Counted from the first letter of the stretch, positions 23,372 to 35,830 are shown. The stretch: DNA of 64,000 bases from Squalus acanthias (GCA_030390025.1 JASTWF010000356.1:62001-126000), one strand, 5' to 3'. A program made the numbers and translations. Notes: generated by a model from the letters alone, not told the origin.

Positions 23372-24448
23372 TCATGCCTCCCCCCCGGGCACATTGGCAT
23401 TGTCCACGTCCTCCATTTCTGCAGGTAGTTCATCTGCAGCGTTAAGGGTCAGTCCTTCCTGCAGGGCAAAGTTATGCAAAGCACAACAGACCACCACAAT
23501 CTTTGCCACTTTCGCAGGAGAATACTGCAAGGTCCCCCCTGACCTGTCCAGGCACCGGAAGCGTGATTTCAGAACTCCAATTGTCCTCTCCACCACTTGC
23601 CGTGTGGACACGTGTGCCTGGTTGTATCTCTCCTGAGCCTCATTATTGGTCTTGCGGTAGGGAGTCATCAGCCATGGTCTTAGCGGGTAGCCCTTGTCGC
23701 CCAATATCCATGCGGATTCTGGAGGCAATGCGTTGAGGGCGCCATATAAGTCAGAGTTACGGAGGACGAAGGAGTCATGATTACTTCCACGGTTACCTGG
23801 ATTCACATTTAAGATCCTGAGATGCGTATCACAGACAATCTGGACATTCAGTGAATGAAACCCCTTCCTGTTGATAAATGTCACAGGTGCAACCCCTGGT
23901 GCCTTCAGTGCTACATGGGTTCCATCGACAGCCCCAATCACTTTGGGGAATCCAGCAATGTTATGAAATGCAAGCGCCATCTCCTTTTGATGGCGAGCAG
24001 ACAAGTCATAATTAATGAACTCAGAAGCCCTACGGAAAATGGCTTCTGTGACCTGGTGAATGCAGGCCCTCGCAGCATTCTTGGATATGTTGGAAATGTC
24101 ACCGGTGCTTGCCTGAAAAGTCCCACTTGCAAAGAAGTTCAGTGCTGTGGTTACCTTCATGCTCAGTGACAATGCATAGCGGCTCTTCGAGCGTGTTTGA
24201 AGGTCCTCCTTTAACATCTCACAGATTCGGCCAATTGACTCTTTACTGAAGCGCAGCCTCCTCACACGCAGCTCCTCCGACAGCATCTCAAATGACAGCC
24301 TCTGCCTGTACACTCTATTTGGTGGGTAGTAGTTTCTCCTTCTCTGGAGGAGACGGGCTTGGTTCCTCCGTCTGATTAGTTGTCTGTATTCGAAAATTCT
24401 CTGATACACAATCCCACAGAGGAACAGGAATTGATTGTGAAAGGGCAT
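23372..24448 (-). CDS. Harbinger transposase (HARBI1-like, DDE_Tnp_4 type), 358 aa as read
   Basis: RFSKES, FFASGTFQ, GAVDGTH, NRKGFHSLNVQ, GSNHDS, LGDKGY, VERTIGVLKSRF, CCALHN. The native end is probably at 23299, beyond a homopolymer frameshift. Confidence 0.93.
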   Translation of the reverse strand: MPFHNQFLFLCGIVYQRIFEYRQLIRRRNQARLLQRRRNYYPPNRVYRQRLSFEMLSEELRVRRLRFSKESIGRICEMLKEDLQTRSKSRYALSLSMKVTTALNFFASGTFQASTGDISNISKNAARACIHQVTEAIFRRASEFINYDLSARHQKEMALAFHNIAGFPKVIGAVDGTHVALKAPGVAPVTFINRKGFHSLNVQIVCDTHLRILNVNPGNRGSNHDSFVLRNSDLYGALNALPPESAWILGDKGYPLRPWLMTPYRKTNNEAQERYNQAHVSTRQVVERTIGVLKSRFRCLDRSGGTLQYSPAKVAKIVVVCCALHNFALQEGLTLNAADELPAEMEDVDNANVPGGEA

Positions 24449-25267
24449 CTTTCTCTCACACAGGCTTCCTCTTCAAACTGAAAGTTGTAATGAAAAAATG
24501 GAAATAGTTGTTAAAGTAACTTTAGTTAAGTGAGTGGCTATAAAATCAGGTCGGGCTATGGTGGGACACGTGCGCTATCGGCTTGGGAACACATCTACCC
24601 GCCACACGGCCCTAGCTGATTTTCCAAAACTGTAACATTTTCATAAATTCATACATACATACATACTTACTTACTCATTTTCATCTTTAAAACTTTTTGA
24701 AACGTAAACAGTTCATTTTTAAACTTTAATGTTCACAGATAGATACCTAAATATGCCTTGTACACACCCACAGTTGCTATACTACTCCAAATGGTAAAAA
24801 CCCGTTTTTAATATTTTTTTTAAATTCCAAACTTATCTAAGACTTCATTTAATAAACTTTGGTGGTTTTCAGATTTAAAAAACTTACCTCAGTAGCCCCA
24901 CTGCAAAAGGATTTATTCCTCCTGCTATCTCAGTATATTTAGAAATGGCTGCTGCTCCTGCTTTTAAAATGTGTAACTGCTAGGATCTTACACACACTAC
25001 TATCATTCACAAAAAACATGACGTTTCAGACGCACGCGCAGAATCACCAGCCCACGCGATTACTCGGAGATCCCTGAAACTGACCCGACATGAAGTACGG
25101 GTTTTCAGCGCATGCGCAGTGCATGCAGTAAACCGGCAATTGGAGAGAGAATACGCGAGAGTACGCAGTGCGTACTCTCGCGTAGCGGGATCAATTTTTG
25201 GCCCATTAATTTGCTGCTTGCTATTCCTTCACTCGCCGTTCCCGATGGTACTCCTCTCTCCATTAAT

Positions 25268-25978
25268 GGACCGTATTTTCCGATCGGAGGACTCCTGCGT
25301 GCGGAGGCCTCCAATCTGGAAAAATCTACGAACTTACCTAACGGCTCACCAGGCGCCTATACTTCCGATCCTGAGCCTCTCCAAACTCCAAGTGCGCAGG
25401 CCCCAGGTATATCAGAGGTGCAGGCAGTTCGCGAGCGTCCCCGGGAAACCGTGGGCCATGGGGAGCCAATAGAAGAAGGGAATCTCGCTTTATACACTTC
25501 ACAGATAGACCTTTCAAATATATGAAAGGAGATCACCCCAAAAACATTTAAAACATTAAACACATTTAAAAAAACCACCACCTTTGTAAAATTTGTTGAA
25601 ATTACAATAAATTAAATATTTCAAACAAAATAATAATTAAAGTTTTTTACGGTGCGAAAAATAAACTTACCTTTGTTAAAGTATTTTTAAATGATAAATG
25701 AGTGAATTTTTAAATCTTTTTTCAACTCTTATCCTGCTTTTAGCAGGTGTAAGAATTCTAAGGGTTTTCTGCGGGCGGACGTTCTACAAAAAGCGGAATT
25801 ATACGCCCGCAGAGGCCCTTCTCCAGGGCAGGCGTCCGATCTGTCAAGAGCATTCTTGACAGCTCGGAAATGCCGGTTATCAGCGCATGCGCTGTGCATG
25901 CCGGGAACCGGCAAACCCGATGACCCTCCGGGAGTGCACACAGCACGTACACACCCGTAGGGATCGAAATATATGGCC
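25268..25978. mobile_element. Non-autonomous Harbinger-type MITE, copy 1
   Basis: Imperfect TIRs ggaccgtattttccgatc / gatcgaaatatatggcc; GC-rich ends and AT-rich middle; homologous along its length to 25998-26741. Confidence 0.7.
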
Positions 25979-25997
25979 TATTATATTTCATTTGATT

Positions 25998-26741
25998 GGC
26001 CCGTATTTTCCGATCGCAGGCTTCCCTCCGCTGGAGGTCTGCGATCTTTAATAATCTACGCCCTTACTTGAGGGCTCCCGGGTCGCACACGCTTCCCATC
26101 CTGGGCCGCCCCAAACTCCAAGTGCGCAGGACCCACTTATCTCAGAGGCGCAGGTGGTTTGCTGCGTCCCTGAGATCACGTGGGCCGTAGGGAGCCAATC
26201 AAAGAAGGGAATCTCCCTTCATGCACTTGACAGCAAGACTGAGCTAATATATGAATGGAGACCACCCCAAAAACAAAGTAAAACTTGAAATGAATGTTTT
26301 TTAAATCGCATTTTTAAATTGACTTGAAATTACAACAAATTAAGTATTTTAAACAAACAATTAGTTTTTTGAAAAAATCAATTAAATATTTTAACGGGGC
26401 TATTAATAAACTTAGTTTTTTTAAAGTATTTTTAAAATGATAAATCAGTGACAAAAATGTTTTTCTACTTTTTACATCTCTTATCCTGCTAAAAGCAAGC
26501 ATTACGCCTGCTTTTACCAGTCGTAAGTATTGCAAGGGATTTCAGAGGACGCAGGGTCTCCAAAAAGCGGAACTATCCGCCCGCAGAGGCCCTTCTCCAG
26601 GGCAGCAGGAGGATCTGTCAAGATCATTCTTGACAAATTGCAAATGCCAGTTTTCAGCGCACGCGCTGTGCATGCCTCAAATTGGCATTTCCGATGTCCC
26701 TACGGGTGGGTACATAACGTTGGTATCGAAATATCTGGGCC
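25998..26741. mobile_element. Non-autonomous Harbinger-type MITE, copy 2
   Basis: ggcccgtattttccgatc / gtatcgaaatatctgggcc; shares blocks such as ccaaactccaagtgcgcagg and cccgcagaggcccttctccagggcag with copy 1. Confidence 0.7.
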
Positions 26742-27110
26742 TGTTTTTTGTTCATCCAGCGAACAAACAGTAGTAGATTTTTATCTTACAATTAGGTAAC
26801 ACTGCTACCACATGCAGTAAGGCGAATGTCCGTCCTCGGATGCAGCCTGAAAGCTTTGAAGCTTTAACTTTCATACAAGTTCCTGTCTGTCGCCTCGCCA
26901 GGCATTGGGAATGGGAAGGACAAATCGTCCCAGATTGTCGCTTCTGATCCCTGTGCAATGACCCTGCCGCACAGTGCAGGTTAATGGGCTCGCGGGTGAA
27001 CAATTAAATATTCATACAGTCTAATTATAGTTTCTATCCTCAGGTGTGTAGAATGCCTTGTCGTTAATGATCAGTAAATTCCTGTCTCATTTCCCTTCTC
27101 TCTCTTACAG

Positions 27111-27937
27111 TTAACTTGATTGCGATTGTGATCCTGTCCAGAGCAAAGTTTGGGCTCTCCAAATGTATCACTCGCTACCTGCTGGGAATGGTGATGACGG
27201 ATCTACTGGTCATTATCACCGAGGTCATATTTTTTCGGGTCAGTTCTTATCTTTTCCCGGAATCTTTTCTGAAGATCACCCCTGTATGCAGTGTTATCGC
27301 TGTGCTGACTCGTGCATCAAGAGACAGTTCAGTCTGGTTAACAGTCACTTTCTCCTTTGATCGCTTTGTTGCTGTTTGTTGCCAAAAGCTGAAACCAAAA
27401 TATTGCATCAAGAAAACTGCGGCTGTGGATATAGCAACAACCTGCATTCTGCTGAGTTTGAAACGTGCTACTTGGTACTTTATATATGAACCTAAGGAGA
27501 TCATCGACAATGTACCGTGGTTTTGTTTTATAAAATCAAGCTATTTTACTGAGCCCGGATGGGTGGCATTTGACTGGTTCGATATGGTTTTAACACCATT
27601 TCTCCCATTCGCTTTAATTTTGCTGCTCAACGCTCTGACTGTAAGATATATTTTAGTGACCAGTCGGGTCCGTAAGGGACTGAGGGGTCAGAGCAAGGGA
27701 GAGAATGGCAGAGACCCAGAGATGGAGAGCAGGAGGAAGTCCATGATTTTGCTCTTTAGCATATCCGGCAGTTTCATTCTTTTGTGGTTGACATATGTTG
27801 TAGACTTCTTATATTTTAACATTGCAGGAACAAGTTACTCAGATTACAATGATTCATTAATGATTTTTCTATATGTCGGAATAATGCTACAGAATTTAAG
27901 TTCCTGCACAAACACATTTATTTACGGGGTGACTTAG
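27111..27937 (+). pseudogene. Exon 2 of GPR139-like GPCR gene A; premature TAG after TM7 (297 aa with exon 1)
   Basis: Polypyrimidine tract + CAG acceptor at 27110; TM2 MTDL, SFDRF, LPF, DPEMESRRKS, NTFIY. TAG at 27935 aligns with CAG in gene B, and paralogous coding sequence (TKFRKQFKSAVKYP) continues after it. Confidence 0.85.
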
Positions 27938-29009
27938 ACAAAGTTCAGAAAACAGTTCAAGAGTGCGGTGAAATATCCCGTTAACCTGATTATTAAATTA
28001 ATTAATAAAAAACAACTGAGCTAAGCCCGGAGGTGGTACCGAGTGCTTTCAGTTCGCTAATCTAATATTAATCGCTAGACGCCCTTCTCCTGAATTGCAG
28101 CAGGAATCGCTCGTAATCTGCATTTCATTCAGGGAGAGGTAAGAAATTGTGTTTCGGTCTTATCGCTTTATTGATTGGTTGCTCCGCCATTTGTGTTTCA
28201 GGTGCAGGGCAGCTATTTTGTTGAGTTTCAGCTGAGCTTTTGTGTTAGTCAGTTCATCTATTTCTTGCAACATTCCGTGCATCTTATCCACAGTGATATC
28301 TGCTCAACAGGGAGATAGACAGAGCTGGGCCGTAGTTTTCAGCACATGCGATACAGTTTAGAGATCGATTTAAAAAAAATTAATCGTCAGTTTCATTTAC
28401 GGATTGAAGATAAGAGAAATCTGAAATTGAAGGAAGTCTGTGAATATTAATAAATAAACATGACGAATTATTTATCCGTACGACTCCTTACTTGTCAACT
28501 GGCACTTTCTAATGTTGGCTTTCTGATGTTTACTTTCTATGAAACGCGTGAGCTTATGTTTTTTATATTGTTATGTACTACTGTCTCTCAGCTGTATCCT
28601 CTATTTCTCCTTTTCGCTCTCTATTTCCGTAACTTTGAACTTCCTTTTTGTCTTTCAATCTCTCTAGTTACTGGATGGGGCATTTGTGAATTCACCCTGA
28701 GCAGAACTGATTCAGTCAATGAACGCTTTTATAGATGCGGCAGTTTGAAATGCCCTGGTGAATTCCTGCAGGTTGGTCCAATTTGAATGTTGTGCGTTTG
28801 GAGAGTGATTGAAACTGTATATGAGTCTCACACAGTTGCACGGTGTGTGAAGGTAAAATGCTCAGACACTCCTGATCTAACACACTGCACACTTGCTAAT
28901 TCATGTTCTGAAATCTCTCCATCACTGGGGTTTTCGTCGCCTCATGCTGTTCCGTTGGGCAAGAGTGCACCTAAACCATGCTGGGTGCAGAGTTCTAGAG
29001 AATTGAATA

Positions 29010-30905
29010 ACTAGGGATGTAGATAGCGCTTTAAATTAAATATGGGAGGGGGGGATGGGGTCCTGGTGGCGAGAAATCTAGAATGCTGAAGAGAAAAGAC
29101 AAGGAAGCAGTGAAGGAACGTGATTGGGGTAAGGATAACCAGATTGTGTCAAGAAGGGACAGAGCATACACAGAAAGGAGTGCACAAACAAATAGGGTCC
29201 GTGTAAGAAAATATCGTAATAAGACAAATAGGGCCATTGTAGAAAAAATGTTATGATGTCTAAAAATGTTTAAAAGACAAATATAAAGGCTCTGTATCTG
29301 AATGCACGAAGGTTTCATAATAAGTTAGACGAATTAACAGCACAAATAGATGTAAACGGTTATGATATAATTGCGATTACGGAGATATGGCTGCAGGGTG
29401 ACCGAGGCTGGGAGGTAAATTTCCATAGTTATTCGTTAGTTAGGAAGGACAGGCGAAAAGTAAAAGTAGGTGGGTTGGCTTTGTTACTAAAGGATGAAAT
29501 CAGAGCAATAGTGAGAAAGGATATTGCTCAGAAAATCAAGATGTAGAATCACTCTGGTTGGAACTAAGAAGCACCAAGGTGCAGAACACATTGGTGGGAG
29601 TTGTCTATCGGCCTCCAAACAGTAGTGGCAATGTAGGGGATGTTATCAAACAGTAAATTAGAGATGCATGTAACAAGCGTACTACAGTAATCATGGGTGA
29701 CTTTAATCTACATATCGACTGGCCAAACCAAATTACTTATAATACTGTGGAGGATGAATTCCTGGAGTATGTACGAGATGTTTTTTTAAACCAATACGTT
29801 GAGGAGCAAATTGGGTACAGGCTATCTTAGATTGGGTATTGTACAATGAGAAGGGGTTAATTAATAATCGTGTTGTTGTGTGGTCCTTTAGGGAAGAGTG
29901 ACCATAACATGTAAAATTCTTCGTTAAAATGGAAATTGAAGAATTCGAATCCGGAACTAGAGTCCTAAATCTAAACAAATGAAACTACGAAGTTATGAGG
30001 AGTGCGTTGACTATGATAGATTGTTGAGCTTCATTAAAATGCACGATGGTGGATAGGCAATGGCTAATATTTAAGGAATGAATGCATGAATTGCAACAGC
30101 TATACATTCTTTTTTGGTGCAAAAACACAAAAGGAAAAGCGGCCCACCATGGTTATTAAAAAAAATAAGGATAGTATTAGATCCAAAGAGGAACTATATA
30201 ATGTTGCGAGAAAAAGTAGCAAGCCTGAGGATTGGGAGCAGTTTCGAGTTCAGCAAAAAAAGGACTAAGAGATTAATTAAGAGGGGAAAAATCGAGCATG
30301 AGATTAAACATGCAAGCAACATAAAAGCGGATTGTAAAAGCTTCTACAAGTATGTAGAACGAAAAATATTAGTGAAGACAAATGTAGGTCCCTCACAATC
30401 AGAGACGGGACAATTTATATTGGGGAAGAAGGAAATGGCAGAGCAATTCAACAAATACTTTGGTTCTGCCTTCACGGAAGAGAACACAAATAAATTCCCA
30501 GAAATGCTACGGAACCAAGGGTCTAGTGAGAAGCAGGAATTAAAGGAAATTATTATTAGTAAAAAAATAGTGCTGAATAAATTAACGGGACAGAAATCTG
30601 ATAAATCCCCATGATATTGATATTCTGCATCCCAGAGTACTAAAAGAGGTACCATTGAAATACTGGCTGCATTGGCTGTAATTTTCCAAAATACTATAGA
30701 TTATGGAACAGCTCCAGCAGATCGGAGGGTGCCAAATGTAACCACACTATTTAAAAAAGGAGGGAGAGAGAAAACAGGGAACTTCAGACCGGTTAGCCTA
30801 ACATCAGAAGTAGGGAAAATGCTGGAGTCTATTATAAAGGATGTGATTACAGGACACTTATAAAATATCAACGGGATTAGACAAAGCCAACATGGATTTA
30901 TGAAA
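29010..30905 (+). mobile_element. CR1 LINE ORF2 (endonuclease to start of RT), decayed
   Basis: LYLNAR, ITEIWL, VYRPPNS, MGDFN, SDHN, KSFYKYV, NFRPVSLTS. Confidence 0.88.
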
Positions 30906-30909
30906 AACT

Positions 30910-32345
30910 CGATCAAGTTATTTAAGCACGATTTGCAATTAACAGTCCATGCTGGCTTTCCTTTATCAATCCACACTTGTACAAGTGACTGTTAATTTTG
31001 TCCCTGATTATCGTTTCCAAAACTTCCCCACTACCGAGGTCGAACTGACTGGCCTGTACTAGCTGAGTTTATCCTTACGTCCTTTTTTAAGCAAGGATGT
31101 AACATTTGTAATTCTCCAGTCCTCTGTCACCACACTTTATAATGGAAGATTATTGCGAGTACGCCCGCGATTTCCTCCGTAACCTTCCTCGGCATCCTAG
31201 GATGCATCCCATCCGGTGCTGGTGAGTTATCAACTTTAAGTACAGACACTCCTCTTTAAAACATTTTATCCGATCTGGTATCGCAACTATCTCCTCTTTC
31301 ACGATGACTTTGGCATCATATACCTCCTTGGTGAAGACATATGCAAAGTATTGATTTAGTACCTCAGACATGCCCTCTTACTTCATGTGTAGGTCTCCTT
31401 TTTGGCCCCTAATCTGCCCCAACGTTCCTGTTACTACCCGTTGATTATTTATATGCCTATAGAAGATTTTTGAATTCGCTTGTTTGTTAGCTGCCAATCT
31501 ATTCTCATACTCTCTCTTTCTCCCTCTTATTTCCGTTCTCACTTCCCCTCTGAACTTTTTATTTTCAGGCTGGCTCTCACTTGTATTCTCAATCTGACAT
31601 CTGTGATATACGCTCCATTTCTGCTTCAGCTTACTCTATATCTTTTGTCATCCAGGTAGCTATGGCGTTAGTTGCCCTACCTTTACCCCCTAGTGGGAAT
31701 GTACCTCGACTTTACTCCAACCAATTCCACTTTAAAGGCAGCCTATTTTTCGATTACAGTTTTGCCTGCCAATCTTTGATTCCAATTTACCCGGGCCGGA
31801 TCCGTTCTCAACCCACTGAAATTTGCTTTTCTCCAATTAAATCGTTTAACTCTAAATTGATCCCTGTCCTTTTCCACAGTTAATCTTAAACCTTATTATT
31901 CTATGATCACTGTTCCCTAAACATTACTCGACTGACACTTGCTCCACTTCACCCACCTCAATCCCCAGAGGCTGTACTCAACAGAGGAAACATCACCCTC
32001 AACAGTACTCAGAACAGAATATTGGTTGGAGAGCAAGATGTTCTCCGGGGCCTCCTGCACTGTCTGCCTGGTCGTCCTCTTCTGTCTGGAAATTGCCCAT
32101 GCCCTCTCTGCCTTCCCACTCCTTAGCTGCGGGATGACCACCTCCTGAAACATGCTATCCACGTAGCACTCAGCCGCCCGGATGCACCTCAGTGACGCCG
32201 GCTGCTGCTCAAACGCCAAAACCCGGAGCTTGAGCTCCTCTAACTGAGGACAGCTCTTGCACTTGTGGTTATCCAGGACACGGGAAGCATCCTAGATTTC
32301 CTACATGGCACAGGATGTGCATTCCGCTGGACCGAGCTGCCCTGG
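30910..32345 (-). mobile_element. CR1 fragment with internal deletions (ORF1 N-terminus joined to ORF2 middle)
   Basis: YVDSMFQEVV...LSNQYSVL (ORF1-like) and LNQYFAYVFTKE (ORF2). Confidence 0.7.
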
Positions 32346-32825
32346 AAATGTAACACCGCTATACAAGAAAGGAGGGAGAGAAAAAAACAGAGAACTACAG
32401 ACCACTTAGCCGGACATCAGTCGCCGGGAAAATGCAGGGAAACATTGTTAAGGAATGATATCAAGTCACTTAGAAAATCATAACATGATTAGGCTGAGTC
32501 AACGTGGGTTTATGAAAGGGAAATCGTGCTTCACAAATTTATTAGAGTTTATTGAGGGTGTAACAACAAGGTATATAAAGGGGAACCAGTGGATGTAGTT
32601 CATTTGGATTTCCAAAAGGCATTCGATAAAGTGCTGCATAAAAGTTTATTACACAAGATTAGGGCTCATGGGGTTTGGGGTAATATATTATCATGGATAG
32701 ATGATTGGTTAACCGACAGAAAAAAGAGAGTAGGGATAAATGGATCATTTTCAGGTTGGCAGGCTGTAACTATTGGGGTGCCACAAGGAACAGTGTTGGG
32801 ACCTTTAGCTATTTACAATCTATAA
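32345..32825 (+). mobile_element. CR1 RT fragment
   Basis: DVVHLDFQKAFDKV, GVPQGTVLGP. Confidence 0.85.
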
Positions 32826-32829
32826 TAAT

Positions 32830-34765
32830 AAGAACATAAGAAATAGGATCAGGAATAGGCCACTTGGTCCCTGGAGCCTGCGCCGCCATTCAATAAGATC
32901 ATGGCCGATCTTGGGCTCAAAGCCACTTCCTAGCCCACTCCTCATATCCCTTTACTCCCATAAATTGCAAAAAGTTGTGTATCGCCACCTTGAATGTGTT
33001 TAATGACCAGCCTCCATAGCTGTCTGGGGCATAAAATTCTACAGATTTACGACCCTCTGAGAGAAGAAATTCCTCCTCATCTCAGTTCTAAAAGGGCGAT
33101 CCTTTATTCTGAAACTATGCCCCTGATTTCTAGATTTCCCCACGAGGGGAAACATCCTCTCTGCATCAACCTTGTCGAGCCCCCTCAGTTTCTTATATGT
33201 TTCAATATGATAACCTCTCATTCTTCTAAATACCAATGATTTTATGACCAGCCTGCTAAACCTTTCCTCATAAGTCAACCCCCTCATCTCTGGAATTAAC
33301 CTAGTGAATCGGCTCTGAACTGCCGCCAATATCCTTCCTTAAATAAGGAGACCAAAACTGTACGCAGTACTCAAGGTTTGGTCTCACCAATACCTTGTAC
33401 AGTTGTAGCAGGAATTCCCTGCTTTATACTCGAACCCCCTTGAAATAAAGGCCGACATTCCATTTGCCTTTTTGATTACTTGCTGTACCTGCATGCTAAC
33501 TTTTTGTGTTTCGTGCACAAGGACCACCAGATCCCTCTGAACTGTAGCATTTTGTATCCTCTCTCCATTTAAATAAGAGTTTGCTTTTTTATTTTTCCTG
33601 CCAAAGTGGATAACCTCGCACTTTCACACATTATACTCCATGTATCAAATGTTTTCCCACTCACTTAACCTGTATATATCCCTTTGCAGATTCCTTGAGT
33701 CCTCTGCACCACTTGCTTTACCACCCATATTTTTATCATCCCCCAACTTGGCTACATTACACTCGGTCCCTTCATCCAAGTCATTAATGTAGATTGTAAA
33801 TAGTTGAGACCCCAGCACCGATCCCTGTGGCACCCCACTTGTTACCGTTTGCAAACCGGAAAAGGATCCATTTATCCGCACTCTCTGATTTCTATTAGTT
33901 AGCCAATTCTCTATCCATGCAAATATATCACCCCCAATTCCGTGAGCTCTTGTCTTATGCAGTAACCTTTTATGTAGCACCTTATCGAATTCCTTCTGGA
34001 AATCTAAATACACCACATCCACTGGCTCACCTTTGTCCAACCTGCTCGTTACATCTTCAAGACCTCCAGCAAATTTGTTAAACATGATTTCCCTTTCATA
34101 AAACCATGCTGACTCTGCTTGACTGCATTATGATTTTCCACATGCCCTGCCACTAATTCCTTAATGAAGGACTCCAGCATTTTCCCAACAACAGATGTTA
34201 GGCTAACTAGTTTATCGTTTCCTGCTTTCTGTCTCCCTCCTTTCTTAAATAGGGTTGTTACATTTGCGGTTTTCCAATCCGATGGGATCTCTCCAGATTT
34301 CAGGCAATGTTGGTATATTGCAACCAATGCAACCACTGTGTCTGCAGCCACTTATTTTAAGACCCTGGGATGCAGGCCAACTGGTCCAGGGGACTTGTCG
34401 TGTATTAATCCCATTTTTTTTTACCAAGAACTACTTCCTTAGTGATAGCGATTGTCTTTATTTGCCCCCTCCCTGTTGCCCCTTGATTATCCATTATTGG
34501 GATGTTGTTAATGTCTTCTACAGTGCAGACAGGTAACAAATATTTGTTTAGAGCATCTGCCATTACCACGTTCTCCATTTTTTAATTCCCCAGTCTCATC
34601 CTCTAAGGGACCAACGTTTACTTTAGCTGACCTCTTCCTTTTTATATACCTGTAGATGCTCTTGCTATCTGTTTTAATATTGCTTCCCAATTTACTCTCA
34701 CAATTCAGCTCCTCTCTCTTTGTTATTGTTTTAGTCATCCTTTGGTGGTTTATAAAAAAATCCCA
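32830..34765 (-). mobile_element. 5'-truncated CR1 LINE with 3' tail
   Basis: QHGFMKGKSCLTNL, GVPQGSVLG, FFSQRVVNL; aagaacataagaaatagga tail at the left end. Confidence 0.9.
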
Positions 34766-35184
34766 CTATGATGATGAATAGGTGAAGGGGCGGAATATCA
34801 GCGTATTGCTTTTGAATTACCATACTCATGGCTAAGCATGAGCTCTGCCTCATACAATCTCGGAAACGGTGCTATCTACATTCCAGTAGCTTGAAATGTA
34901 CATGCCAATTTCATATGTCCATTTATTTACCGTAAATTAACCGGCTATCTCCTGCATCAGAGCATAATATTGCACAGAATAATTTATAGAGTATTGTTTT
35001 CATGCATAAACGTGACCACCAACTCCTGCCAATTGATTTCTAAGAATTTTGTTTCATTAATCAGACTGCACCCCGTGCATGTGGCTTGACACCTTAAACT
35101 GTGCGGTGTAGTTTCTCTTTGGGACTATGTGGGAGGAATTAATCTCTATTTGGCCTGTAATCGTTATATCATTAGCAAAGGTAA

Positions 35185-35830
35185 TACAACAACAACAAGA
35201 AGAAGGTACATTCATATAGCGTCATTAACGTAATACAACCTCACAAGGCGCTTCAGAGGAGTATTATAAAATGAAAAAATTGACACTGAACCACATAAGG
35301 AAAAATTATGACAGGTGACCAAACGCTGGTTCAAAGAGGTAAGTTTTGAGGAGCGTCTTAAAGGAGGAGAGAGAGGTAGCAAGGCAGAGAGTTTTAGGCA
35401 GGGAATTCCAGATCTTAGCAACTAGGCAAAAGAAGGCACGGTCACAAATGGTTGAGCGATTATAATCAGACATGGTCAAGGGGGCATAATTAGAGCAGCG
35501 CTCATATCTCGGGCTGTTGTGGGGCTGAAGGCGATCACAGAGATCGGGAGAGGCAAGGCCATGGAGGGGTTTGTTTCAAGGAAGGCGAATTTTAAAATCG
35601 AAGTGTTGCTTAATCGGGAGCCAAAGTAGGTCAGCGAGCACAGGGGTGATGGGTGAATGGGACTTGCTGCGAGTTAGGACACGGGGAAGCCGAGTTCTGG
35701 ATGACCTCAAGTTTAAATAGGGTAGATTGTGGGAGTCCAGCCAGGAGTGCGTTAGAATCGTCAAGTCCAGCGGTAACAAAGGCATGGATGAGGGTTTCAA
35801 AAGCAGGTGAGCTGAGGCAGGGCCAGAGAA
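35185..35830 (-). mobile_element. L2-like LINE 3' end
   Basis: HITP-like SPITPVLADLLWLP; (aac)n tail; homologous to 17370-18000. Confidence 0.75.

Larger units (their letters stand above)
20720..25204. mobile_element. Complete PIF/Harbinger DNA transposon (4485 bp)
   Basis: TIRs GGGCCAGAAATTGATC (20720-20735) and GATCAATTTTTGGCCC (25189-25204) match at 15/16. 3-bp TSD ATT at 20717-20719 and 25205-25207. Convergent Myb/SANT and DDE transposase genes. Confidence 0.95.

Noticed and set aside
23372..24448. Domesticated host gene HARBI1
   Set aside because: Flanked by TIRs and a TSD and paired with a Myb/SANT gene, so it is a transposon copy.
27116..27937. Assigning the symbol GPR139 or GPR142 to either receptor
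   Set aside because: Only family-level resemblance; orthology needs phylogeny and synteny.
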